From contig NZ_CP007536.1 in assembly GCF_000698785.1 (NCBI RefSeq), positions 450,001 through 482,000 of the forward strand: DNA of 32,000 bases. Reading direction: 5' to 3'. The number at the start of each line of letters is the position of its first letter. The stretch's first letter is position 1. The translations under genes were made by a program, and so were the position numbers. Under the pieces are notes generated by a model, which made no database searches, had not been told where the DNA came from, and saw only the letters and a program-made list of their open reading frames with translations. Below, in pieces: positions 7,397 through 14,532 of this stretch. Source of the stretch: Nitrososphaera viennensis EN76 (GTDB lineage: Archaea > Thermoproteota > Nitrososphaeria > Nitrososphaerales > Nitrososphaeraceae).

Positions 7397-8674
7397 TCAT
7401 TGAGCAGCAGGCACGATCCGGTAGATGCTTCCTTTGCTGTACGACAGGACGTAGAGGTTGCCGTCCGGCCCCGTCTCGATGTCTGTTATCCCGCCAAAGC
7501 CGGTGCCAAGCGTGATCGCGGACGCCTCTGCATTGTTGTCTGCCACACGGTCCGACAGGTTGCCTTCAAGCACAAAGCCGTCCCTCCCCCCGTTTACGGT
7601 AAAGTAGTACAGGTTGCCGTTGTTGATGTCGCCGACAAAAACGTTGTACGCGTACTTGCCAAGCTTGGTCGAGTTCAGAAATTCGATGTCCGTCACGCCC
7701 ATGGACCGGAGCCAGCTGAACGCCGGATCAGAGTAGTGCGCCCCTTCAAACGCCACAAAATCGCCCTCGCCTGCCTGCGACCTTGAAATGGGGCCCATAA
7801 CCCGCTCCCACCCGCTGTTAAAGCCCGGCTCCACCACGTTTACCTCGTCGTACCTGTCAGGGCCGTTTTCCGTGTCCCACAGTTTCCCGGTGCGCGGGTC
7901 AAAGTCCATGCCAAAGCTGTTCCTTATGCCGTACGCGTAATAGCCTTCAAGACCGGCAGCGCCGGACAGGATGTTTGCGGCAGGCGCGCCGTCAGGCCCA
8001 ACCTTCAGTATCACAGAGGTGTTGTCAGGCGCGGCGCCGTTTTTGTAGTTCTGCAGCATGCCGTTTCGGTTCAGGTCGCCGATGACTGCGTACAGGAAGC
8101 CGTCGGGGCCGACAATCATCTTGCCCCCGTCGTGGTTTGGCCCCGGCGTTCCAGGAAGGTCAAGGATCATCTTTTTGCCGGACAGCGTCCCGTTTTGCAG
8201 GTCATAGCTGTAAACGCGGTTTCTGATATCAAGGCCGCTCTGCTCTGTCATGTACAGGAACATCCTGTCTTTTGCGTAGGCGACCCCCAATAGGCCCCGC
8301 TCGCTTATGGTATCGACCTTGAACGACAGGAGCGGCCCCTGCTGCAGCGCGCCGTCCTTGACGAGCCGGACATCGCCCCCCTTTTGCGTGACAAGCACGT
8401 TGTTGCTGCTTCCGACAAACGCCATGCTGGTAGGCCCGGACAGGCCCTCGACCACTTTCTCGATCTTTAGAGAAGTGTCGCGCAACTGAGGAAGGTTCGA
8501 GTCAGGTATGGCCTTGAAAGGATCGCCGGCACCTGTGGTCGTCGAAATTATGTCGGCGGACGTAATGTTGTCCGTCACGCCTGGGACCGTACGTGTCTGC
8601 CATGCCCCGATGACCGCCGCGATGGCGGCTGCGACGATTATCGCACCCGCTATGGCAAATACGGCCTTCCTCAC
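7397..8674 (-). CDS. Membrane-anchored PQQ-dependent (soluble glucose/sorbosone dehydrogenase-type) beta-propeller protein
   Basis: An N-terminal signal anchor (AVFAIAGAIIVAAAIAAVIGAW) is followed by family-like stretches (RGLLGVAY, GPNHDGG, YAYGIRNSFGMDFDP, GPDGNLYVLS). The start is GTG. Confidence 0.8.
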   Translation of the reverse strand: MRKAVFAIAGAIIVAAAIAAVIGAWQTRTVPGVTDNITSADIISTTTGAGDPFKAIPDSNLPQLRDTSLKIEKVVEGLSGPTSMAFVGSSNNVLVTQKGGDVRLVKDGALQQGPLLSFKVDTISERGLLGVAYAKDRMFLYMTEQSGLDIRNRVYSYDLQNGTLSGKKMILDLPGTPGPNHDGGKMIVGPDGFLYAVIGDLNRNGMLQNYKNGAAPDNTSVILKVGPDGAPAANILSGAAGLEGYYAYGIRNSFGMDFDPRTGKLWDTENGPDRYDEVNVVEPGFNSGWERVMGPISRSQAGEGDFVAFEGAHYSDPAFSWLRSMGVTDIEFLNSTKLGKYAYNVFVGDINNGNLYYFTVNGGRDGFVLEGNLSDRVADNNAEASAITLGTGFGGITDIETGPDGNLYVLSYSKGSIYRIVPAAQ

Positions 8675-8721
8675 TGCCCCAATTATCGCCTTTCTTGCTA
8701 TTATGCATTAAACGCTTCTTG

Positions 8722-8729
8722 TTATATAG
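8722..8729 (+). promoter_or_regulatory. TATA box (TTATATAG) for the class II aldolase gene
   Basis: It lies 30-37 nt upstream of the TTG start at 8759. Confidence 0.4.
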
Positions 8730-8758
8730 ACGAAGGGCTGCAAGATAGCACACTGCCG

Positions 8759-9358
8759 TTGGACGCAATAACAACAACAATAAAAAGCGATCTTGCAAGG
8801 TGCGTCAGGGACCTCTATTCGCTTGGCCTCACCTCATCTGTTTCGGGAAACCATAGCGTCAGGGCAGGCAAGAGGAGCATGTGGATAACGCCGTCAGAGG
8901 CCCCGCGCTACCTGTTGCGCGCCGGCGACCTTGTCAGGATGGACCTGCCAACGGGCAGGGTTTTTGGCAGGAAAAAGCCGAGCAGGGAGCACAACATGCA
9001 CAGGATGATCTACAACGCCAGGAGCGACGTGAACACGGTCGTCCATACCCACAGCCCATACACCATAGCCGTTGCAATATCGCCAGCAGGCTTTGTGCAC
9101 GTTATTGAAGAGGCGAAAATAGTTGTCGGCGACCCTGCAATTATTGAAAACAGGCCGTCCGGGTCGATAGAGCTTGCAGAGGCAGTCTCGGCGGAATTTG
9201 AAAAAGGCGCAAGCGCAGTCGTCATCAAGAACCACGGCGTAGTTGCAGCCGGCAAGAGCATACACCACGCCCGCGCAATTGTCGAGTCGCTGGAAGAATG
9301 GGCAAAAATATTGACGGTCGCAAGGCTGCTTGGCGGGCCCAGCGGCACCCTCTCCTAG
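8759..9358 (+). CDS. Class II aldolase/adducin-family protein (FucA/MtnB-like)
   Basis: The motif series is SGNHSVR, WITPSE, PSREHNMH, VVHTHSPYT and KNHGVVAAG. The conserved N-terminal region requires the TTG start at 8759. Confidence 0.85.
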   Translation: MDAITTTIKSDLARCVRDLYSLGLTSSVSGNHSVRAGKRSMWITPSEAPRYLLRAGDLVRMDLPTGRVFGRKKPSREHNMHRMIYNARSDVNTVVHTHSPYTIAVAISPAGFVHVIEEAKIVVGDPAIIENRPSGSIELAEAVSAEFEKGASAVVIKNHGVVAAGKSIHHARAIVESLEEWAKILTVARLLGGPSGTLS

Positions 9359-9651
9359 ACGCCCAGGATCTGCTTCAAAAGGGCGCGATAGTCTACCTTT
9401 TCTTTCTTGCTTCCAGGGGACGGGAGCTCAAAGATGAGCGGGATCGGCCTCTTGGCGCGAAGCGTCGTCAGCTGCGTGCGAATCTCTTTTCCAATGTCGT
9501 CGCTCAAAAGCACGAGCCCGACGTCGCTTGTGTCGCCCATCTTGTTGATCTCGGCAAGCGCCTCTGCCGACGACTCGACCTTGACGCCCTTGACGCCGGC
9601 AAGCTGGAAGCTGGTAACAAAGACGCGGCTTCCAATGGCAATTATTCGCAT
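9355..9651 (-). CDS. atpF: A-type (V-type) ATP synthase subunit F
   Basis: The 98-aa protein has MRIIAIGSRVFVTSFQLAGVKGV, DVGLVLLSDDIG and PIPLIFELP, which is the typical subunit F pattern. The start is ATG. Confidence 0.8.
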   Translation of the reverse strand: MRIIAIGSRVFVTSFQLAGVKGVKVESSAEALAEINKMGDTSDVGLVLLSDDIGKEIRTQLTTLRAKRPIPLIFELPSPGSKKEKVDYRALLKQILGV

Positions 9652-9737
9652 ATCTTGTTGTGCGCTTGACTTTATCCCTTTTTATTCTTTTTGAGGTGAA
9701 ACCCGCCCTGCTGCAAAAAAAGTAAAGTTGGTAATGG

Positions 9738-9757
9738 CCCCTCCTCCCCCTCTCCCC
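9738..9757 (+). repeat. A 20-nt pure polypyrimidine tract (CCCCTCCTCCCCCTCTCCCC)
   Basis: The tract was read directly from the sequence. It lies just upstream of the TATA box of the 110-aa gene in the divergent atpF intergenic region. Confidence 0.6.
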
Positions 9758-9771
9758 AAGGTGCTACAATA

Positions 9772-9780
9772 GCTTTATCT
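9772..9780 (+). promoter_or_regulatory. TATA box (GCTTTATCT) for the 110-aa gene
   Basis: It lies 22-30 nt upstream of ATG 9802 and shares the AGCTTTA core with the rps26e promoter. Confidence 0.45.
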
Positions 9781-9801
9781 TTGAACATCTCATTACCCTC
9801 A

Positions 9802-10134
9802 ATGTCAAACCAAAACATATTCCAAGCATTTGAAGAGGCCAAGAAAGCAAGCGGCAAGTTCCTCAAACTGGCCCCTGGCGAAAGGCGGACACTGCAGTTC
9901 AACGTGAACAGGATCGAAATCGCGGACAGCGAGTTCGAAGGCAAAAAGACCGGCGGCAAGTCGATTCACTTTACGGTGATTGACCCGAAAGAGCCGCAGG
10001 CGGAAAAGGTGCTTTCGATGGGGGTCAAGAAGGCAGATGCAATCATGGCCCTTTTGAAGGCGGGAAAGAACCTGCTGGACATCCAGAAAATCGGCAGCGG
10101 AAAGGACAGCCAGTTCATAGCAATCCCGCTTTAA
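9802..10134 (+). CDS. Hypothetical soluble 110-aa protein
   Basis: Codon usage and GC3 match the neighbouring genes. The TATA spacing favours ATG 9802 over the track's TTG 9781. I recognise no motif. Confidence 0.6.
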   Translation: MSNQNIFQAFEEAKKASGKFLKLAPGERRTLQFNVNRIEIADSEFEGKKTGGKSIHFTVIDPKEPQAEKVLSMGVKKADAIMALLKAGKNLLDIQKIGSGKDSQFIAIPL

Positions 10135-10143
10135 GGCGGGCAA

Positions 10144-10160
10144 TCTTTTTTCTTTTTTTT
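10144..10160 (+). terminator. Oligo-T terminator (T6-C-T8)
   Basis: The sequence CTTTTTTCTTTTTTTT begins 10 nt after the stop at 10134. Confidence 0.55.
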
Positions 10161-10283
10161 GCAATTCTTCATCAACAAGATGAAAAAAATCAGTGACAGC
10201 GTTCTGACATGGCATTCTTAGCGAAAAATCTTCCAAATATCTGATATGTCACGTCTGCGATCGTGTACCTGGTGGTGGCATAT

Positions 10284-10391
10284 ATGAACAAACAAGACAT
10301 CATGATCATAGCATTGCTCTTTTCGCTGGCTGCAAGCTTTCTTACCATATACAAGATAAAAAAGATGGAAAAGAAATACAACATATCCTGA
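10284..10391 (+). CDS. Possible 35-aa single-TM micropeptide (alternative to the minus-strand ORFs 10190-10429 and 10218-10445)
   Basis: It translates to MNKQDIMIIALLFSLAASFLTIYKIKKMEKKYNIS, a hydrophobic core with a Lys-rich tail. It lies in an AT-rich islet where two minus-strand frames are also open, so the coding strand is unresolved. Confidence 0.2.
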   Translation: MNKQDIMIIALLFSLAASFLTIYKIKKMEKKYNIS

Positions 10392-10456
10392 CAGAACGTA
10401 GAGTAGGTCATGACAGACAATTCTTCCAAGCGTCTTAAATGACATGATGTGCGAAT

Positions 10457-10963
10457 ATGTTCATGTCAGCGCAACAGCAGGCAGGAGAAAGAAACGTAGA
10501 GATCGTCCGACGTTCGATACAAGCCCTGAATACCGGAGATGTGACTAAGGCTTCTGAATTTATGCATCCAAATTACTTCAACCACGAGTCCCAAGCCAGC
10601 CCGGAAAGAGCGAAACTTCGCGGTCCCGAGGAGTTTATCGACACCGTCCGAAAGTTGAGAGCCGCGTTTAGCGACCTCCATTATGAAGAGCAAGAGAGCA
10701 TCGCTTCAAATGACAGGGTCGTATCGATAATGCTAGTTACAGGCCGGCACACAGGAGATTTTTTTGGCATCCCGCCGACAGGCCACAGCTTTTCGTACCG
10801 GGCGGCACACATTGTGCGAATCGCTGATGGCAAGATAATCGAGCACCAGGCGATTCGCGATGACCTGAGATTCATGATGCAGCTTGGAGTAATCGGAGCC
10901 GCATCGCCGCAGTACGAACCCATCTTTAACGCCTGGAAGGGAATGATGAGCAAGGGCAAGTAA
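10457..10963 (+). CDS. SnoaL-like / ester cyclase family protein
   Basis: The pattern is NVEIVRRSIQALNTGD, FGIPPTGHSFSYRAAHIVRIADGKIIEHQAIRD and DLRFMMQLGVI, typical of the NTF2-like ester cyclase family. The start is ATG, with a TATA-like CTTAAATG 18-25 nt upstream. Confidence 0.75.
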   Translation: MFMSAQQQAGERNVEIVRRSIQALNTGDVTKASEFMHPNYFNHESQASPERAKLRGPEEFIDTVRKLRAAFSDLHYEEQESIASNDRVVSIMLVTGRHTGDFFGIPPTGHSFSYRAAHIVRIADGKIIEHQAIRDDLRFMMQLGVIGAASPQYEPIFNAWKGMMSKGK

Positions 10964-10972
10964 GTAGGTGGC

Positions 10973-10980
10973 TTTTTTTT
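10973..10980 (+). terminator. Oligo-T terminator (T8) after the SnoaL-like gene
   Basis: The T8 run begins 10 nt after the stop codon. Confidence 0.5.
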
Positions 10981-11049
10981 CATCCGCTACCTGAGTCCGA
11001 CACGAGCGAGTTGCATCATCGTCGACTTTTGCCATCGCAAACTCGGCAG

Positions 11050-11072
11050 CCTGCAAATATTAGATTTGCAGG
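11050..11072. repeat. Perfect inverted repeat CCTGCAAAT-ATTAG-ATTTGCAGG
   Basis: It has 9-bp arms and a 5-nt loop. It overlaps the track's TTG start (11066) of the downstream small ORF and contains a TATA-like AAATATTA. Confidence 0.6.
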
Positions 11073-11116
11073 GATTTACTAAAAAGGATAGAAAACGACT
11101 TATACTATCGCCATCA

Positions 11117-11344
11117 ATGCAAGGTGGCTTGGCAGCTAGCAAAACGCAGCTTTTGATGTTCATGATTGCATGCTTTGTTTCAGGCGGCCTTGCAATCGGG
11201 CTTTCAATCGTATATGGCTCGCTCTTTACCCTTTACTCGGCTCCCGGCTTTATAGTGGGTGCCTTTTTTGCCTTCAAATACGCCATGTTTGACAAGAACA
11301 AGGCGCGCCAGGAAGAGCACAGGCGCAGGCGCAACAGGCACTAG
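11117..11344 (+). CDS. Hypothetical small 2-TM membrane protein with an Arg-rich tail
   Basis: It has two hydrophobic helices ([37 protein letters not shown]) and a basic C-terminus (HRRRRNRH). ATG 11117 is preferred because TTG 11066 lies inside the palindrome. Confidence 0.45.
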   Translation: MQGGLAASKTQLLMFMIACFVSGGLAIGLSIVYGSLFTLYSAPGFIVGAFFAFKYAMFDKNKARQEEHRRRRNRH

Positions 11345-11760
11345 CTCAATATCAGTATGTAAATCACGATTGCGGCAAGCCCTGCAAACAGGATCATGGT
11401 CGCCTTCCACATGCCCATGCTCGCCTTGTCGCTGATGTCCCACATGCCGCCCCGGACGCTGCCGCCCTGGCGGTACTGGCGCTTCAATTCTTCATAGCTG
11501 TAGACCTTGGCAAAGTCTGCCGAGGGCATCCACTCTGCGTGGCTTGGGACAGAGAACGCGTTTTCGTCGTACTTTTTGCGCGACTGCGCGTTTGATAGGA
11601 CCTCGTACGCCTCGACTATCTTCATGAACTTTTGCTTGGATTCCTCCGAGCCCTTGTTCTTGTCAGGGTGGTATTTCATGGCCAAACTCCTGAACGATTT
11701 TTTTATCTCGTCCGGGGATGCTCCGGGCTTGAGGCCAAGCACTTCGTAGTAGTTTGGCAC
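11341..11760 (-). CDS. J-domain (DnaJ-like) protein with a C-terminal transmembrane anchor
   Basis: It has the J-domain sequence [33 protein letters not shown]...EAYEVLS...KYD and a terminal helix [23 protein letters not shown]. The start is GTG at 11760, with TATA TTTATTTA 23-30 nt upstream. Confidence 0.85.
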   Translation of the reverse strand: MPNYYEVLGLKPGASPDEIKKSFRSLAMKYHPDKNKGSEESKQKFMKIVEAYEVLSNAQSRKKYDENAFSVPSHAEWMPSADFAKVYSYEELKRQYRQGGSVRGGMWDISDKASMGMWKATMILFAGLAAIVIYILILS

Positions 11761-11782
11761 CTGGTACGTTTCAAAGACCTCG

Positions 11783-11808
11783 TAAATAAACTTGCAACGG
11801 CATATATT
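11783..11808. promoter_or_regulatory. Back-to-back TATA elements for the divergent J-domain (minus) and CPBP (plus) genes
   Basis: TAAATAAA (11783-11790) serves the minus-strand gene and ATATATT (11802-11808) serves the plus-strand gene. Each lies ~23-32 nt from its start codon. Confidence 0.4.
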
Positions 11809-11833
11809 CTAGGGCTGCCTACTATAGGCGCTC

Positions 11834-12370
11834 TTGGACAGCACGTTTCTAATCATCTTTTACGTGGCCACGGTCATCCCCACGCTCCTTCTGGTCAAGG
11901 AGACCAAGACGAGGCTGAAAAACATCAGAAACGGCCTGCGGTCGCTTGTCTACCTCCCGCTCACGGTAGGCATCTTGATAGCGTACGTCATATTTGCAAT
12001 GGACTTTTTCTCCGCAATACCCATCCTGAACTGGTCTTGGCTTGGCTACAACATCGCCCTTGGGCCGTCGGCTGGCCAGGGGCTGTGGGGCGTGCTCCCG
12101 TTCGTGCCGATGCTGGTATACATGCTCATCCACGTCAACTATTTCGAGGAAATGTACTTTCGCAAGACCGCGCTTCTCACAGTCGTCTGGGCGTTTTTGC
12201 ACATTGCAATGGGTGTTGCGGTGCACGTCGCCCTCGCGCTCTTGCCGCTTGGCTTTTTCTACAGGCACCTGTACAAAAAGCGCGGCCTTGACCACGCGTA
12301 CGCGCTGCACTTTGCCACAAACATCATCATAGTCGCGGTGTCGATAGCATCGTATTTCCTGCAGTTCTAG
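11834..12370 (+). CDS. CPBP-family intramembrane glutamic endopeptidase (CAAX protease/Abi-like)
   Basis: The protein is polytopic, with motif 1 EEMYFR (EExxxR), a FLH motif, and motif 3 HFATN (HxxxN). The start is TTG. Confidence 0.75.
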   Translation: MDSTFLIIFYVATVIPTLLLVKETKTRLKNIRNGLRSLVYLPLTVGILIAYVIFAMDFFSAIPILNWSWLGYNIALGPSAGQGLWGVLPFVPMLVYMLIHVNYFEEMYFRKTALLTVVWAFLHIAMGVAVHVALALLPLGFFYRHLYKKRGLDHAYALHFATNIIIVAVSIASYFLQF

Positions 12371-12795
12371 CTCTGGCCCTCGGCGCGCGCCTTTAGGGCC
12401 CGGTTCATCTCTTCAAAGCCGGCCTTGACGTCGTCGGTGTCCTTGAAAAACGACGATAGCAGGCCGCCGAAGACCTCCCGGTGGATGAATTTCACCCTGC
12501 CACCGCTGCCTGCGTCTTCGATGGCAAATATGTGCTCGCCTGACAGGAACCCCGGCACCTTGCCAAACCACCTCAGTTCTTTTCCCGGCTCTGCCTTGGT
12601 CACCTTGGGCTCGTACGTGCGCTTTGTCCCCGCAGGCGTAGTTATGTGGATCTCTAGTTTTGCTCCTTCCCGCGGCTCGCCCCTGACTTGTCTTATGAAG
12701 GGATTCCACTCGCCATATTTTGCGAAATCGGCAAGCACTTCCCACACGCGCTGGGCGCTTGCGGCAATCTCTATCTCTGTATGGATCTCTTTCAA
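12367..12795 (-). CDS. SRPBCC (START/Bet v1-like) domain protein
   Basis: The 142-aa protein has IEIAASAQRVWEVLADFAKYGEWNPF and ELRWFGKVPGFLSGEHIF, typical of SRPBCC ligand-binding proteins. The start is TTG. Confidence 0.75.
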   Translation of the reverse strand: MKEIHTEIEIAASAQRVWEVLADFAKYGEWNPFIRQVRGEPREGAKLEIHITTPAGTKRTYEPKVTKAEPGKELRWFGKVPGFLSGEHIFAIEDAGSGGRVKFIHREVFGGLLSSFFKDTDDVKAGFEEMNRALKARAEGQS

Positions 12796-12834
12796 GCCGG
12801 CAGCAGCAACAAGTGCACCGCAGGGGAAGGTTAT

Positions 12835-13311
12835 TTACTTTCTCGTCGTAAACTCGATCCTTATCGAGTCGCCGTTTTTGAGCGGTATGTCCAAAAAGCT
12901 GCCATTGGTGTGCAGGACGCCATTAACGTAGACCTTGGTGTCGTACTTGGTCAGGTCCTGCCCTATCCAGTTGTACAAGAAATGGCCCAGCGTAAACGCA
13001 TACGGCTCCCCGTAGGCGACATGGATGGTGTTTTCCTGCAGGGTGTGCACAGGCAGCGTGCAGCTGTCGGTTATGCCGACCCCGCTAGGTATGCGTGCAG
13101 GCGCGCCGTCCACCGTCGCCGATACGGGCACTGTGAGCTGGTACGGCTCTGCAAGCGGATTTTCTATGCACTGGTATATCGGGTCCTGGGAGCGCAAATA
13201 GTCGGTAACTGCTTTTGTCCCGACCCCGGCGACAATGACTACGCCAGCAAGGAGCGCCATGGACCACATGAGGCGCCTCTTTTTTCCCGGCTCCTGCCCA
13301 CCAAAACCCAT
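12835..13311 (-). CDS. Hypothetical membrane-anchored extracytoplasmic protein (158 aa)
   Basis: It has an N-terminal basic segment plus a TM helix (KKRRLMWSMALLAGVVIVAGVG). It lies 39 bp upstream of the SRPBCC gene on the same strand. The overlapping plus-strand 245-aa ORF looks like a shadow frame. Confidence 0.55.
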   Translation of the reverse strand: MGFGGQEPGKKRRLMWSMALLAGVVIVAGVGTKAVTDYLRSQDPIYQCIENPLAEPYQLTVPVSATVDGAPARIPSGVGITDSCTLPVHTLQENTIHVAYGEPYAFTLGHFLYNWIGQDLTKYDTKVYVNGVLHTNGSFLDIPLKNGDSIRIEFTTRK

Positions 13312-13383
13312 TATTATGGACAGGCGCTCGTCAAAAAGTTAAAAGTCTTTGTGCGCAGCAGGCTGGAAAAAATAATGTTTAGG

Positions 13384-13545
13384 TTACTGGCTCAGTGCCA
13401 GCACGTGGTTCGTGCTCTCCACTAGCGGGAGCCCCGTCAGCATCTTGGGCGGAAGCGAAGTTGTATAGATGAGCACTCCGGGGACTGCCGCGCAGACGAC
13501 AATAGTCAGTATAATCAGCCAGACGGCCGTCATCTTTTCGACCAT
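13384..13545 (-). CDS. Possible 53-aa single-TM protein (below the ORF-track cutoff)
   Basis: It translates to MVEKMTAVWLIILTIVVCAAVPGVLIYTTSLPPKMLTGLPLVESTNHVLALSQ. A strong TATA box (CTTATATAA) lies 23-31 nt upstream of the ATG at 13545. Confidence 0.4.
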   Translation of the reverse strand: MVEKMTAVWLIILTIVVCAAVPGVLIYTTSLPPKMLTGLPLVESTNHVLALSQ

Positions 13546-13567
13546 AAAGAAAATCACGCTTATTTGG

Positions 13568-13576
13568 TTATATAAG
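13568..13576 (-). promoter_or_regulatory. TATA box (CTTATATAA on the minus strand) for the 53-aa ORF
   Basis: The spacing to ATG 13545 is consistent with a leaderless transcript. Confidence 0.4.
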
Positions 13577-13584
13577 TCTTAAAA

Positions 13585-14199
13585 TCATCCGGCTTTTGGC
13601 GCCGGTGCATTTTTTGCCTGGCTGCGCAGCATCTCTACCTCTTCGCGCAACTCGTCGTTTTCGTCTTCGAGGACCTTCAGAGAGGTTATCGCCTCTGCAT
13701 TCTGGGCCTTTAGCGCCTGGAACTCTTTTTTCAGCTTTTCATAGGCCTGCTGCACCGCGTCACTGGATGCTGCTGCAGCTTGCGGTGCCGGCGCGCTTTT
13801 TGGCGCTGCCTGCAGCCTTGCATTTTCCGCCTTTAGTGTCTCGATGGTCTTTGCTGAAGTAAAAGCCTGCGCCTTGAGCATGCTGACCTCGCTTGCGTAC
13901 GTGCGCAGCTGCGACGCAAGGCGCGTGTTTTCGTCCATGAGCTTTTGGCGCTCGGCCCCAAACTTGCCTAGTTCCATCTTGAGCTGAGCGACAAGCGCCT
14001 CGTTGGCAGCATTGGATGACTCTGAAGAAGACGCTGCTGCGGCAAGCTCTGACAGTATTGCCGGCATGGCGTCAGAGTTGATGTATGCAGACGAGCCAAA
14101 ATCAAGCGTGATTGCACCCCTTGACTTTAGCAGGCTCTCGACGCTTGCGTCAAGCGCAAAAGAGCTGGCGTTAAATGTAAAGAGCTTCAATCCGTGCAC
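13585..14199 (-). CDS. Hypothetical coiled-coil protein with a short N-terminal globular segment
   Basis: Residues ~65-200 are Ala/Glu/Lys/Gln-rich heptad-like sequence (ENARLQA, EDENDELREEVEMLRSQ). The N-terminal ~55 aa (AITLDFGSSAYINSDAMPAILSEL) loosely resemble a STAS-like segment. The start is GTG. Confidence 0.6.
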   Translation of the reverse strand: MHGLKLFTFNASSFALDASVESLLKSRGAITLDFGSSAYINSDAMPAILSELAAAASSSESSNAANEALVAQLKMELGKFGAERQKLMDENTRLASQLRTYASEVSMLKAQAFTSAKTIETLKAENARLQAAPKSAPAPQAAAASSDAVQQAYEKLKKEFQALKAQNAEAITSLKVLEDENDELREEVEMLRSQAKNAPAPKAG

Positions 14200-14249
14200 C
14201 TTTGCACTTTTGCTCTAAAAAGAGGGCAGCGCAAAATTTGTTGACATTT

Positions 14250-14507
14250 TTACTGGTAGTCATGCAGTGGCTTGTCCCTGTGAGATCCGATCTTGCCCTC
14301 AAGCTCTTTTCTGTGCTTTTGCAGTATGTGCCTGTTTGCGCACGAGTCGTGCATTATGCCGATGTCGCAAAAGTCGCACGCCGTCACAAACTCGATCTCT
14401 TTGAACTCTTTTTTGCAGAGGGCGCAGTTTTCCGTGCCGACGTCGCCGTCTGTGAGGGGCTTGAGCCACGAGTCGCGCCAGAGAAGAGTCACAAATTCTT
14501 GAGGCAA
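14250..14507 (-). CDS. Small Cys/His-rich putative zinc-binding protein (80-85 aa)
   Basis: The ligand pattern is CALC-x12-CDFC-x5-H-x2-C-x3-H-x4-H. The TATA box at 14514-14523 is too close to TTG 14507, so the in-frame GTG at 14492 (~26 nt from the TATA centre) is the likelier leaderless start. Confidence 0.55.
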   Translation of the reverse strand: MPQEFVTLLWRDSWLKPLTDGDVGTENCALCKKEFKEIEFVTACDFCDIGIMHDSCANRHILQKHRKELEGKIGSHRDKPLHDYQ

Positions 14508-14513
14508 GGACGC

Positions 14514-14523
14514 GTATATATGA
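14514..14523 (-). promoter_or_regulatory. TATA box (TCATATATAC on the minus strand) for the Cys/His-rich protein gene
   Basis: It lies between the tyrA stop (14533) and the small ORF, which argues for a transcription unit independent of the aro operon. Confidence 0.4.
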
Positions 14524-14532
14524 TGTAGTAAA

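Noticed and set aside
8491-8500. A GGTTCGAGTC string resembling a tRNA T-arm.
   Set aside because: It lies inside the PQQ-dehydrogenase coding sequence, with no acceptor or anticodon stem complementarity around it. I found no tRNA-like cloverleaf anywhere in the window.
9738-9757. A G-quadruplex on the minus strand of the polypyrimidine tract (GGGGAGAGGGGGAGGAGGGG).
   Set aside because: There are only three long G-runs plus a GG, so at best a weak two-tetrad structure could form. I report it only as a polypyrimidine tract.
10190-10445. Two overlapping minus-strand ORFs (79 and 75 aa) in the AT-rich islet, considered as real genes.
   Set aside because: These are not rejected outright, but I did not call them. 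The two frames and a plus-strand 35-aa ORF are mutually exclusive and share third-codon positions, so composition cannot discriminate between them. Neither minus-strand ORF has a well-spaced TATA box.
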